Origin: an uncultured Candidatus Saccharibacteria bacterium
Lineage (GTDB): Bacteria > Patescibacteriota > Minisyncoccia > UBA6257 > Colwellbacteraceae
Assembly (NCBI GenBank): GCA_964360065.1
Contig: CAYHTW010000003.1
Span: 1 to 42,852 of the forward strand
DNA: 42,852 nucleotides
Reading direction: 5' to 3'
The position numbers and the translations under genes are program-made. The notes beneath the pieces were generated by a model. The model had not been told where the DNA came from. It saw only the letters and a program-made list of their open reading frames with translations, and searched no databases. Positions 18,879-27,120 of this stretch are shown in pieces (within the stretch, counting starts at the first letter, position 1; each line of letters opens with the position of its first letter).

Positions 18879-19556
18879 TTATAAAGAATATTTACCTTTT
18901 TCTTCATCTCTGGCAACTCTGCCGTTTTCAATCAAAATAACTCTCCTGCCCAGATGATTAACAATGTCCTTATTATGGGTAGCGAGTATTATGGTAGTCC
19001 CCAATTCATTAATTTTCGTAAGAAGACTAATAATGGAGGAGCTGTTGAAAGGATCCAGGTTGCCTGTAGGTTCGTCAGCCACAATGACATCGGGACGATT
19101 GACCATCGCCCTCGCTATAGCCACCCTTTGTTTTTCTCCACCAGAAAGTTCATTGACGAAATTCTTGGCCTTGGGGCCAATGTCTACAATATCCAAAACT
19201 TCTTTTACTAAGTCGTTAATTTCTTTTTCTGGCTTGCCGGCTACTTCCAAAGCAAAAGCAACATTTTCATAAACATTTTTCGTAGGCAAAAGCTTAAAGT
19301 CCTGGAAAATGATGCCGATATGCCTTCTTAATCGTGGCAACTGATTTACTTTTAACTTGCCCACATCGTAATGGCCAAAAGTTATCCTGCCACTGGTAGG
19401 CTTTTCCTCTCCGATTAAGAGTTTTATGACGGTGGACTTACCGGCGCCCGATCTGCCCACAATGGAAACAAATTCCTGGGGCATTATCTTAAAACTGGCG
19501 TTGATGAGAGCCTGGTAACTACCGTAGTTTTTAGAAACGTCCTGAAAGTTAATCAT
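18879..19556 (-). CDS. ftsE: Cell division ATPase FtsE
   Basis: GRSGAGKST, FQDFKLL, LSGGEKQRVAIARA and ADEPTGNLD. Confidence 0.93.
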   Translation of the reverse strand: MINFQDVSKNYGSYQALINASFKIMPQEFVSIVGRSGAGKSTVIKLLIGEEKPTSGRITFGHYDVGKLKVNQLPRLRRHIGIIFQDFKLLPTKNVYENVAFALEVAGKPEKEINDLVKEVLDIVDIGPKAKNFVNELSGGEKQRVAIARAMVNRPDVIVADEPTGNLDPFNSSSIISLLTKINELGTTIILATHNKDIVNHLGRRVILIENGRVARDEEKGKYSL

Positions 19557-19561
19557 TACTT

Positions 19562-19728
19562 AGTAGATCTATTGCTTAATAACTTTCGTAGCGAAATGGT
19601 CAGATTTTTGGCGAGGCGAAGCAAAAATCTTGAAGCATATACGACAAGTATACGTTGAAAGATTTTTGCAAAGCCGTAGACAAAATCTGGACATTGCAGC
19701 AGAAAGGTTATTATGCAACAGGTCTACT
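19562..19728. repeat. 167-bp imperfect palindrome (MITE/REP-like long hairpin)
   Basis: Nested arms AGTAGATCTATTGC/GCAACAGGTCTACT, CAGATTTT/AAAATCTG, GCAAAAATCTT/AAGATTTTTGC and TATAC/GTATA around loop GACAA. Confidence 0.88.
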
Positions 19729-19762
19729 TGATATTTTACCGCAAATCCAAGACGTCAACAAC

Positions 19763-19780
19763 CCTGCCTACGCAGGCAGG
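19763..19780. repeat. Short palindromic repeat CCTGCCT-acgc-AGGCAGG
   Basis: Related copies at 20886-20905 and, degenerate, at 11283-11300. Confidence 0.75.
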
Positions 19781-19781
19781 C

Positions 19782-20751
19782 CTACTTTAGCTTTTCTACC
19801 TCAGCCTGTATAAATAAGTCCAGTTCTCCCGCCAAGACTTCATGAACTTTACTTGTCTCTTCCCCGGTCCTGTGGTCTTTAACAAGTCTGTACGGATGTA
19901 ACACATACGACCTAATCTGACTTCCCCATTCCGGCTTCACTTTGGTCTTTAGTTCAGATATTTCTTTGGCATGACGCTCTTCCATCAGTTTGAATAGCTT
20001 AGCGGTTATTATCGCCATGGCCCGTTCCCTGTTTTGAGACTGCGATCTCTCTCTTTGAGACGAAGCTGTTAATCCGGTTGGGATATGAATTAATCTCACC
20101 GAGGTCTCAACTTTATTGACGTTCTGCCCTCCAGGGCCACTGGAACGAGAAAATTCTACCTTGATATCTTCAGGGGGGATTTTCGTCTTACTCATTTCTA
20201 CTTGAGGCAACTGCGGCAGAACCTCCACTAAAGCAAAAGAGGTATGCCGTAATTGCTTTGAATCATAAGGTGAAATACGAACCAAGCGATGAACGCCATT
20301 CTCCTTTTTCAAAAAACCGTAAGCGTAATCTCCTTTCACCTCAATAGTATCGCTATCTATAAGTTTAACTTTCCAGTTCTCTTTAAGAGCATAGTTGCGA
20401 TACATTTCGAGAAGCATCATCGCCCAATCTTCTGCGTCTTTACCTCCAACGCCAGGATAGAAAGATAAAATGGCTGACAATCCGTCATACCGTCCTGTCA
20501 TCAAGGTTTTTATCTCCAACTGTCTGATTTTTTCTATAGAATCAGCTGCTCCAAACTCGGCAATAAGACTCCTTAAAATACCGGCTTCTTTATTTTTTTC
20601 TTCAGCCAAAAATCGGTTGCTTTTCCATAAATCGGGGTCAGCAACTTCAGACTCCAATTCCAGAAGTCTTTGTTTCTTGTGAACCAAGTCAAAGCCGCTC
20701 GCCTAAGCGGCAAGTTAGCTCTTCCAAATTATCTTCTTTCTCTCCCTTCAT
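19782..20751 (-). CDS. prfB: Peptide chain release factor 2 with a programmed +1 frameshift
   Basis: ATG 20751 opens MKGEKEDNLEELTCRLGERL, ending at CTT TGA C (20694-20688). The +1 frame continues DLVHKKQR... and contains GVHRLVRISPY and GPGGQNVNK. Confidence 0.95.
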
Positions 20752-20798
20752 ATTATTAATACTATGTTATCTAATTAATACTACACTATGCCACTTAA

Positions 20799-20830
20799 TA
20801 TACTATAATGCTGATCAGCATTATAGTATA
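20799..20830. promoter_or_regulatory. Perfect 32-bp palindrome, copy 1 (function unknown)
   Basis: TATACTATAATGCTGA|TCAGCATTATAGTATA. Confidence 0.7.
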
Positions 20831-20885
20831 CTTTTCTTTTATATCATCCTATTCGCTTTATTTTTCTACTCCCCTATTTATTGTG

Positions 20886-20905
20886 GCCTGCCTGCGCAGA
20901 CAGGC
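20886..20905. repeat. Short palindromic repeat GCCTGCCTGCGCAGACAGGC
   Basis: Inverted repeat just downstream of the typA stop; same family as 19763-19780. Confidence 0.7.
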
Positions 20906-20934
20906 TAGCTAGAAATGGACAACGCAACGCAGGG

Positions 20935-22749
20935 TTAATACCCTTTATTATCTTTGGCTTGCTTTCTGGCCAGTTCGGTAAGGTACGTCTTCCTAACTCT
21001 GACATTTTTAGGCGTAACTTCCACCAGCTCATCATCACCTATATAACTCAAGGCGTATTCTAAAGTCAGTTCCTTCGGTACTTCCAATTTTTCTTCAACT
21101 CCTTCATTTTTAGAACGGAAATTGTTAAGTTGTTTGGTTTTACAGACATTAACTTTCATGTCCTCGGCCTTGGCATTTTCTCCAACTACCATACCGGCAT
21201 AAACAGGGACCCCCGGTCCGATAAAAAGTTGTCCGCGCCCTTGAGCAGTTGTAAGCCCATAAGAATTAGAAAGCCCCGTCTCTGAAGCCACAATAGAACC
21301 GTGCTCCGATGATCTAAATTCTCCTTTGTATTCTTCATAACCCGCGAAAAGAGGGTTCATAATGCCCATACCCCTAGTGAGTGTAAGAAACTCGTTCCTG
21401 ATGCCAATTAAACCCCTAGTAGGAACGGAGAACTCCATAATAGTAGTAACCCCATCAACTTTCATATCTTTCATAACGCCTAGACGTTTTCCCAAAAGCT
21501 CTATGGCAGTACCCGCGTAATCACTGGGGACTTCCACGGTTAATAATTCCATAGGTTCCAATTTTTTGCCGTTTTCTTCTTTAAAGATAACCTGGGGCTT
21601 GGAGACTTCTAGCTCAAATCCCTCACGCCTCATTTTTTCTATAAAAATAGAAAGGTGAAGTTCTCCACGGCCAGCTACTGTCCAGCGGTCGGCCGAATCA
21701 GCCTGGCTGACCGCAAGAGCCACGTCCGTCTCCATCTCTTTCTGCAATCTCTCATTTAAGTTTCTAGAAGTGGTTTTGTCGCCATCCTGCCCCATAAAAG
21801 GAGAGGTATTAACCGCAAAAGTCATTTTAATAGTGGGCTCATCAATTTTGATGGATGGTAATGCTATCGGATTTTCTAAATCAGCTATAGTTTCACCTAT
21901 AGAAACATCTGGGATACCTCCGATAGCCACAATATCTCCAGCTTGAGCTTCTTCCGCATCAATTCTGCCTAGACCGCTAAAAAGGAGAAGTGAACTTAAT
22001 TGAACTTTTCTAATTGACCTGTCTCTAGCAATATGGGCTACCCACATCCCCTTCTTTAGAGTACCTGAATATAACCTGCCGATGGCAAGCTTGCCTTTAT
22101 AATTATCATTAACCAGGTTCACCGTTAACATCTGCAAAGGAGCCGTAAGGTTTACTTGAGGCGGCTGAATATAGTTCACGACTGTGTCAAAAAGAGGCGT
22201 TACGTTTTCCATTACGCTCAAGTCCGGTGTGAGGCCTGCCTTACCCTGAACCGCCGAAGCGTAAATGACCGGGAAGTCTATCTGCTGTTCGTTCGCGCCC
22301 AACTCAAAAAAAAGATTATAAGTCTGGTCTAAAGCCCACTCGGGCCTAGCATCGTTTCTATCGATTTTATTAACCACTACTATAATTCTGTGTCCGGCCT
22401 GAATTGCCTTACGAAGCACGAATTTAGTCTGAGGCATCGGACCTTCTTTGGCGTCTATCAAAAGAATAACGCCGTCCACCATACGCATAATACGCTCTAC
22501 CTCTCCTCCGAAATCGGCGTGTCCGGGAGTGTCAACAATATTAATCTTTACTCCTTTATAGTTCACCGAAGCATTCTTGGAAAAAATAGTAATCCCCCTC
22601 TCTTTCTCCAGTTCGTTGGAGTCCATAATAAGCTCCTGCGGGCCGTCGGATTTCATCTTGAAATTATCCGATTGCTTCAAAAGCGAATCGACGAGGGTCG
22701 TCTTCCCATGATCCACGTGGGCTATGATGGCTATATTCCTAATATCCAT
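20935..22749 (-). CDS. typA: Translational GTPase TypA/BipA
   Basis: [46 protein letters not shown] and [12 protein letters not shown] 22749 preferred. Confidence 0.96.
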   Translation of the reverse strand: MDIRNIAIIAHVDHGKTTLVDSLLKQSDNFKMKSDGPQELIMDSNELEKERGITIFSKNASVNYKGVKINIVDTPGHADFGGEVERIMRMVDGVILLIDAKEGPMPQTKFVLRKAIQAGHRIIVVVNKIDRNDARPEWALDQTYNLFFELGANEQQIDFPVIYASAVQGKAGLTPDLSVMENVTPLFDTVVNYIQPPQVNLTAPLQMLTVNLVNDNYKGKLAIGRLYSGTLKKGMWVAHIARDRSIRKVQLSSLLLFSGLGRIDAEEAQAGDIVAIGGIPDVSIGETIADLENPIALPSIKIDEPTIKMTFAVNTSPFMGQDGDKTTSRNLNERLQKEMETDVALAVSQADSADRWTVAGRGELHLSIFIEKMRREGFELEVSKPQVIFKEENGKKLEPMELLTVEVPSDYAGTAIELLGKRLGVMKDMKVDGVTTIMEFSVPTRGLIGIRNEFLTLTRGMGIMNPLFAGYEEYKGEFRSSEHGSIVASETGLSNSYGLTTAQGRGQLFIGPGVPVYAGMVVGENAKAEDMKVNVCKTKQLNNFRSKNEGVEEKLEVPKELTLEYALSYIGDDELVEVTPKNVRVRKTYLTELARKQAKDNKGY

Positions 22750-22843
22750 TGCTTTAAACAAAAGCGGCTGGTGTGTTGCCCAACCGCAGCAAAGCTAAAT
22801 TACCATTTTATTAGGTAATTGGTCAATAAATGAATCTTACTTA

Positions 22844-22919
22844 TGGAGCCAGCGAGAGGAATCGAACCTCCGACCTTTGCTTTACGAAAGCACTGCTCTG
22901 CCGACTGAGCTACGCTGGC
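22844..22919 (-). tRNA. tRNA-Thr(CGT)
   Basis: Reverse strand GCCAGCGTAGCTCAG...TTCGTAA...GGTTCGATTCC...CGCTGGCTCCA; CCA encoded. Confidence 0.95.
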
Positions 22920-22964
22920 AGCGAAATAAGGTTAACCCGAGTGCTTCAAATTTGAAATAGAGCC

Positions 22965-23390
22965 TTACTTACCTTCTATTAGGGCTTTCTCCTCTTCATA
23001 AATTCTACGTCTTAGCTCCGAAGTGGAATAACAGTGGTCTCTGGTATTGAAATAGTTTTCAATAGGCAAATCATGGCCAGTAAAAAGCTTACCTTCCCAG
23101 TCGGCTCCAAGAATACGGATATTTATGTCTAACTTGTTCTCTTTGAGAAGCTTGTAGAGATCCGTTTCGGTGTCATATACGATTATCTCATCAATGTATT
23201 TGATGCCCTTTAAAATTATGAGTCGCTCCTCCAGAGACATAATAGGCTTGTTTTTCCCTGTCCTATCCAGACTCGGGTCGGAGTGTAACCCCACTATCAG
23301 ATAATCACAGACTTTTCTGCACTCCTGAAACATAAGAATATGCCCGGCGTGACAGAGATCAAAGGCTCCGCAAGTAAATCCATTTTTCAT
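22965..23390 (-). CDS. Cytidylyltransferase, TagD-like
   Basis: GAFDLCHAGH (HIGH-like), LIVGL.SD, ER, G.DW and STS.LR. Confidence 0.85.
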   Translation of the reverse strand: MKNGFTCGAFDLCHAGHILMFQECRKVCDYLIVGLHSDPSLDRTGKNKPIMSLEERLIILKGIKYIDEIIVYDTETDLYKLLKENKLDINIRILGADWEGKLFTGHDLPIENYFNTRDHCYSTSELRRRIYEEEKALIEGK

Positions 23391-23396
23391 GTTGGC

Positions 23397-24098
23397 CTAC
23401 TTTTGTATCGTGATCCCCTTGATTACTACTGGTGTCAGAGGCCTGTCATTACTATCTCGTTTTACATTAGCTATGGCATCCACCACGTCCTGTCCGGAAA
23501 CAACATGCCCGAAAATCGTATAACTGTTTGGAAGCGGATAATCAGCGGTCATAATAAAAAATTGTGAACCGTTGGTGTTAGGACCGGCGTTAGCCATAGC
23601 TACCACACCCTTTTTGTAGCCGGCTTTATACGAAGCAGTTGCAGGATTTAATTCATCAGCAAACTTATAGCCTGGGCCGCCTGTGCCGTTACCGTTTGGA
23701 TCGCCTCCTTGAATCATGAATCCTGGAATAACACGATGAAACGTCAGGCCGTTATAAAATCCTTGCTCTGTAAGTTTCGTGAAATTCGCCACGGTCTTCG
23801 GCGCGTCCGCCTGGTAAAACTCTATGACGATTTTACCCATGCTGGTATCCAAAGTAGCTCTCGACAAGTTTACTTGAGGCTGATTACTGGTCGGTGTCGT
23901 ATTTGTATTGTTGCTATTCATGCTTGTATTGGTGTTGTTGATTTGGTCTGTACTACTCTGGCTGGTATCTTCGGACCCACTAGTAAAATTATTTATATTT
24001 GTAGTAGATTCTACTGCAGATTGATTAGAAACGAGATAGTAACCTACGAAAAGAAGCACTATGACTAAAACTATACCTATAGACCAAATTTGTTTCAT
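23397..24098 (-). CDS. Membrane-anchored cyclophilin-type peptidyl-prolyl isomerase
   Basis: FHRVIPGFMIQGGDP and AMANAGPNTNGSQFFI; N-terminal TM with an S/T/N-rich linker. Confidence 0.95.
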   Translation of the reverse strand: MKQIWSIGIVLVIVLLFVGYYLVSNQSAVESTTNINNFTSGSEDTSQSSTDQINNTNTSMNSNNTNTTPTSNQPQVNLSRATLDTSMGKIVIEFYQADAPKTVANFTKLTEQGFYNGLTFHRVIPGFMIQGGDPNGNGTGGPGYKFADELNPATASYKAGYKKGVVAMANAGPNTNGSQFFIMTADYPLPNSYTIFGHVVSGQDVVDAIANVKRDSNDRPLTPVVIKGITIQK

Positions 24099-24185
24099 TT
24101 ATTACTTTTAACATTAATCTTACAACAGAGTAAAAAACGAGTCTACTGAGCCTCTGTTTGAGTAGTCGCCACCTTATTTTACTAC

Positions 24186-24259
24186 TGGAGCGGGCGAAGG
24201 GAATCGAACCCTCACTTTAACCTTGGGAAGGTTACGTACTGCCACTATACTACGCCCGC
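24186..24259 (-). tRNA. tRNA-Gly(CCC)
   Basis: Reverse strand GCGGGCGTAGTATAG...TTCCCAA...GGTTCGATTCC...CGCCCGCTCCA. Confidence 0.95.
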
Positions 24260-24303
24260 TGTTACCTCAAACGAAGCCATAATAACACGAGGCGACTTCC
24301 GTT

Positions 24304-24981
24304 TTAAACACTGAACACTAAAAGGCCCAAAGCTCCCAAAAGCAAAGGGCCAAAAAGATAAGTGCCCACTGTTAAGATAATACCCGCTACGAGTATTGGC
24401 ATACCTAAGGTTGTGTAAGACTCTTTGAAAAAGATTCTTTTAATTATAGAAATCAATATAGTAGCAATGAAGGTAGCCGGTATCAGAACCACGAACCATG
24501 GCCAGCCTACAAGCAAGGCAACAATAAAACCTACCTTTATCTCTCCTTCTTTAAAAAACCTGGGGTTATATTTCTCCAATAGTTTCAGTAAAACATAGAA
24601 GACCGAAGCGCAGAGGAGGGCGAGCGCTGCACCTAAAATGAACCTACCCCAGGAGTAGTAAAGAAAATATCCCAAGTGCCCTTCAAAAAAACGCTTGAAA
24701 GGTTTCATGAAAAATGGCAAATTGGCCAGGACCGTACTGTCCAGAGGACTGTTAAGCAATGCCTTAGAAAGAGTATTGGAGGCGAAAATATAATATTGCA
24801 TTACGGAAAGCAGTAAAGGATAGATTAATCTCATGGCCACAGTCCCCCAAAAAACCATCTTTAGCTTGGAATCGCTGAAACCGACAACCAAGTAATAGGC
24901 TAGAATAAAGTAAATAAGACCGGCTAAGGCGAGAAAAAATAACGGAAAGAACGGAAGTAATTGCAAAAAATTAAAATTCAT
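24304..24981 (-). CDS. Polytopic membrane protein whose C-terminus loosely resembles A24 prepilin peptidase
   Basis: Several TM segments; GEIKVGFIVALLVGWP resembles GD.KL...LG...GW. Confidence 0.6.
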   Translation of the reverse strand: MNFNFLQLLPFFPLFFLALAGLIYFILAYYLVVGFSDSKLKMVFWGTVAMRLIYPLLLSVMQYYIFASNTLSKALLNSPLDSTVLANLPFFMKPFKRFFEGHLGYFLYYSWGRFILGAALALLCASVFYVLLKLLEKYNPRFFKEGEIKVGFIVALLVGWPWFVVLIPATFIATILISIIKRIFFKESYTTLGMPILVAGIILTVGTYLFGPLLLGALGLLVFSV

Positions 24982-24993
24982 TTAAATACCCTA

Positions 24994-25281
24994 TTAGTCG
25001 GAAACCTGATTGCCCTGCTTCGGTACGACTATAATAAGTTTTTCTCCTGGAAGCCTGACATTAAATCTGGCCCTTAATTCTTTTTCTAAATTCCTGGGGT
25101 CAGCGAAATACTCTATTTGAGACTTCAAGTTATTATTGTCCGACTCCACTACATCTTTTTCTGATTTAAGTTCTGATAATCTTGAGCTAGCATCGCCCGC
25201 CTCCAGACTTATTTTATAAATCTGGTAACCGAAAAGAATAAAAAGGGCTAAAAAAATAGAATAAACTAAATAATTCCTCAC
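24994..25281 (-). CDS. Septum formation initiator (FtsB/DivIC-like)
   Basis: TM, coiled coil, then LEKELR.RFN...PGE. Confidence 0.8.
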   Translation of the reverse strand: MRNYLVYSIFLALFILFGYQIYKISLEAGDASSRLSELKSEKDVVESDNNNLKSQIEYFADPRNLEKELRARFNVRLPGEKLIIVVPKQGNQVSD

Positions 25282-25290
25282 CTTTAAAGT

Positions 25291-27036
25291 TTACCTCTTT
25301 AAGAGCTCCTTGAAAACTTGAGGAGAGACCGAAACTCGCCCGGCTTCTTTAAGCCTTTTCTTACCTTCTTTCTGCTTCTTCCACAATTTCATCTTTCTTG
25401 TGCGATCACCGCTATTCTTACCGAAGTCGCCTAAAGCCTTCTTCAGGGCCGGAATCGTTTCACGAGCTACAATCCTGCCGCTAGCTGAGGCTTGGATAGC
25501 CTGAGTGAATTGCTGTTTGGGCAAGAGTTCTTTAAGCCTTTCCACCGTTTTCCTGGCGACAGATTCAACGTCGTCCTGGAAAACTACCCGTGAAAGACCA
25601 GGCACCATATCTCCTGCTACAGTCACATCCAGTCTTTTTACCCTAGCAAAACGATAATCAGAGAACTCGTAACTAAAAGAAGCAAACCCCGAAGAAATAG
25701 ATTTTATTCTATCGTCAAAGTCAGAGATAAGATCACTTAATGGCAGGGCGGCTGTAAGGATGACTTTTTCTCCCCTGGTCTCCGTACGAATTTCGCTCAT
25801 CCTAAAGATATCTTTGAGTTTTAAAATGCTTCCTAGATAAGTCATCGGAGAGAGTATGGTGACTTTTACCATCGGTTCCATTGTTGAAACGTAATCGTCG
25901 GGGAAGTCTTTTGGATTTTCAATTGTTCTCCATTCGCCCAAAGCGCTTTTAACCTTGTACGCCACTGATGGAAAACTGTTTACCACTCTGATATTAAACT
26001 CCCTCTCTAACCTCTGCGTCACTATTTCAAAGTGCAACCGACCTAGGAAACCACATTGGAAACCCCTACCCAAGGCATCGCTTGTAGTTGGAATAATAGA
26101 AAAAGAGGAATCGTGGAGCCGTAGTTTATATATGGCTACCTTTAGATTTTCGTAATCATCTCCCTCGTCTGGATAGAGGGCCACAAAAACTACTGGCGAG
26201 GGCGACTGGAATCCAGGTAGGGCTTGCTCCCCTATAGTATCTCCTACTCTGACAACGCCTGGGTCTTTTATACCTGTAGCTATATAGCCTATCTCTCCTG
26301 ATCTAATAACATCTTCGGCTTTTAATTCAGGTTTAAAGAAACCAATTTCTTTTATTTTGAAATCTACTTTGGCTTCAATTAATCTGGCACTCGTCTGCGT
26401 TTTAAATTCACCGTTAAAAACTCTCACAAAGGCCAGAACTCCTTTGTGTTCGTCATACAAAGAACTAAAAACTAAAGCTGCCCTGACTTTTGTTTCCTTA
26501 GGGTCAGGAAACTTTCTAATAACCTCCAGCAGCAGTTCTCTCACTCCCTCTCCGGTTTTCCCGGAAACTTTAAATATTTCTTCCTCGCCAGTTTCCAGTA
26601 AATCTGCTAAATCTTTAACTGCCTGCTCAACCTGCTCGCTTGAGGCAATATCCACTTTGCTCACCGCTCCAATAAACTTTAGTTCGGCTTTTCTAGCACT
26701 TTCAAGATTAGCTAAAGTTTGCGCCTGAATACCCTGAGTGGCGTCTACTAAAAGTATGGCCCCTTCAACGGCTTTTAAGGATCTCGAAACTTCGTAAGAA
26801 AAATCCGAGTGCCCCGGAGTATCGATAAGATTCAAAATACAACCTTCAAAGAACATCCGCACTGGAGCCATCTTTATAGTGATACCTCTTTCCCGCTCCA
26901 GATCCAGAGCATCCAAATATTGAGCCTTCATTTTGTGAGGCGGCACGGTCCCAGTCACTTCCAGCATTCTGTCAGCCAAAGTGGATTTGCCGTGGTCTAT
27001 ATGGGCGGTTATTACGAAGTTTCTTATTTTATCCAT
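25291..27036 (-). CDS. lepA: Elongation factor 4 (LepA)
   Basis: IRNF.I.AHIDHGKSTLADR, ERERGITIK, GF.CGFLG.LH and KL..KQKEGKKR. ATG 27036 preferred. Confidence 0.95.
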   Translation of the reverse strand: MDKIRNFVITAHIDHGKSTLADRMLEVTGTVPPHKMKAQYLDALDLERERGITIKMAPVRMFFEGCILNLIDTPGHSDFSYEVSRSLKAVEGAILLVDATQGIQAQTLANLESARKAELKFIGAVSKVDIASSEQVEQAVKDLADLLETGEEEIFKVSGKTGEGVRELLLEVIRKFPDPKETKVRAALVFSSLYDEHKGVLAFVRVFNGEFKTQTSARLIEAKVDFKIKEIGFFKPELKAEDVIRSGEIGYIATGIKDPGVVRVGDTIGEQALPGFQSPSPVVFVALYPDEGDDYENLKVAIYKLRLHDSSFSIIPTTSDALGRGFQCGFLGRLHFEIVTQRLEREFNIRVVNSFPSVAYKVKSALGEWRTIENPKDFPDDYVSTMEPMVKVTILSPMTYLGSILKLKDIFRMSEIRTETRGEKVILTAALPLSDLISDFDDRIKSISSGFASFSYEFSDYRFARVKRLDVTVAGDMVPGLSRVVFQDDVESVARKTVERLKELLPKQQFTQAIQASASGRIVARETIPALKKALGDFGKNSGDRTRKMKLWKKQKEGKKRLKEAGRVSVSPQVFKELLKR

Positions 27037-27067
27037 AATTATCAACCGAGATTCTACGCTACAATAC

Positions 27068-27099
27068 TATACTATAATACTGATCAGTATTATAGTATA
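27068..27099. promoter_or_regulatory. Perfect 32-bp palindrome, copy 2 (function unknown)
   Basis: TATACTATAATACTGA|TCAGTATTATAGTATA. Confidence 0.7.
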
Positions 27100-27120
27100 C
27101 TTGATGATTTTTATATTAAA

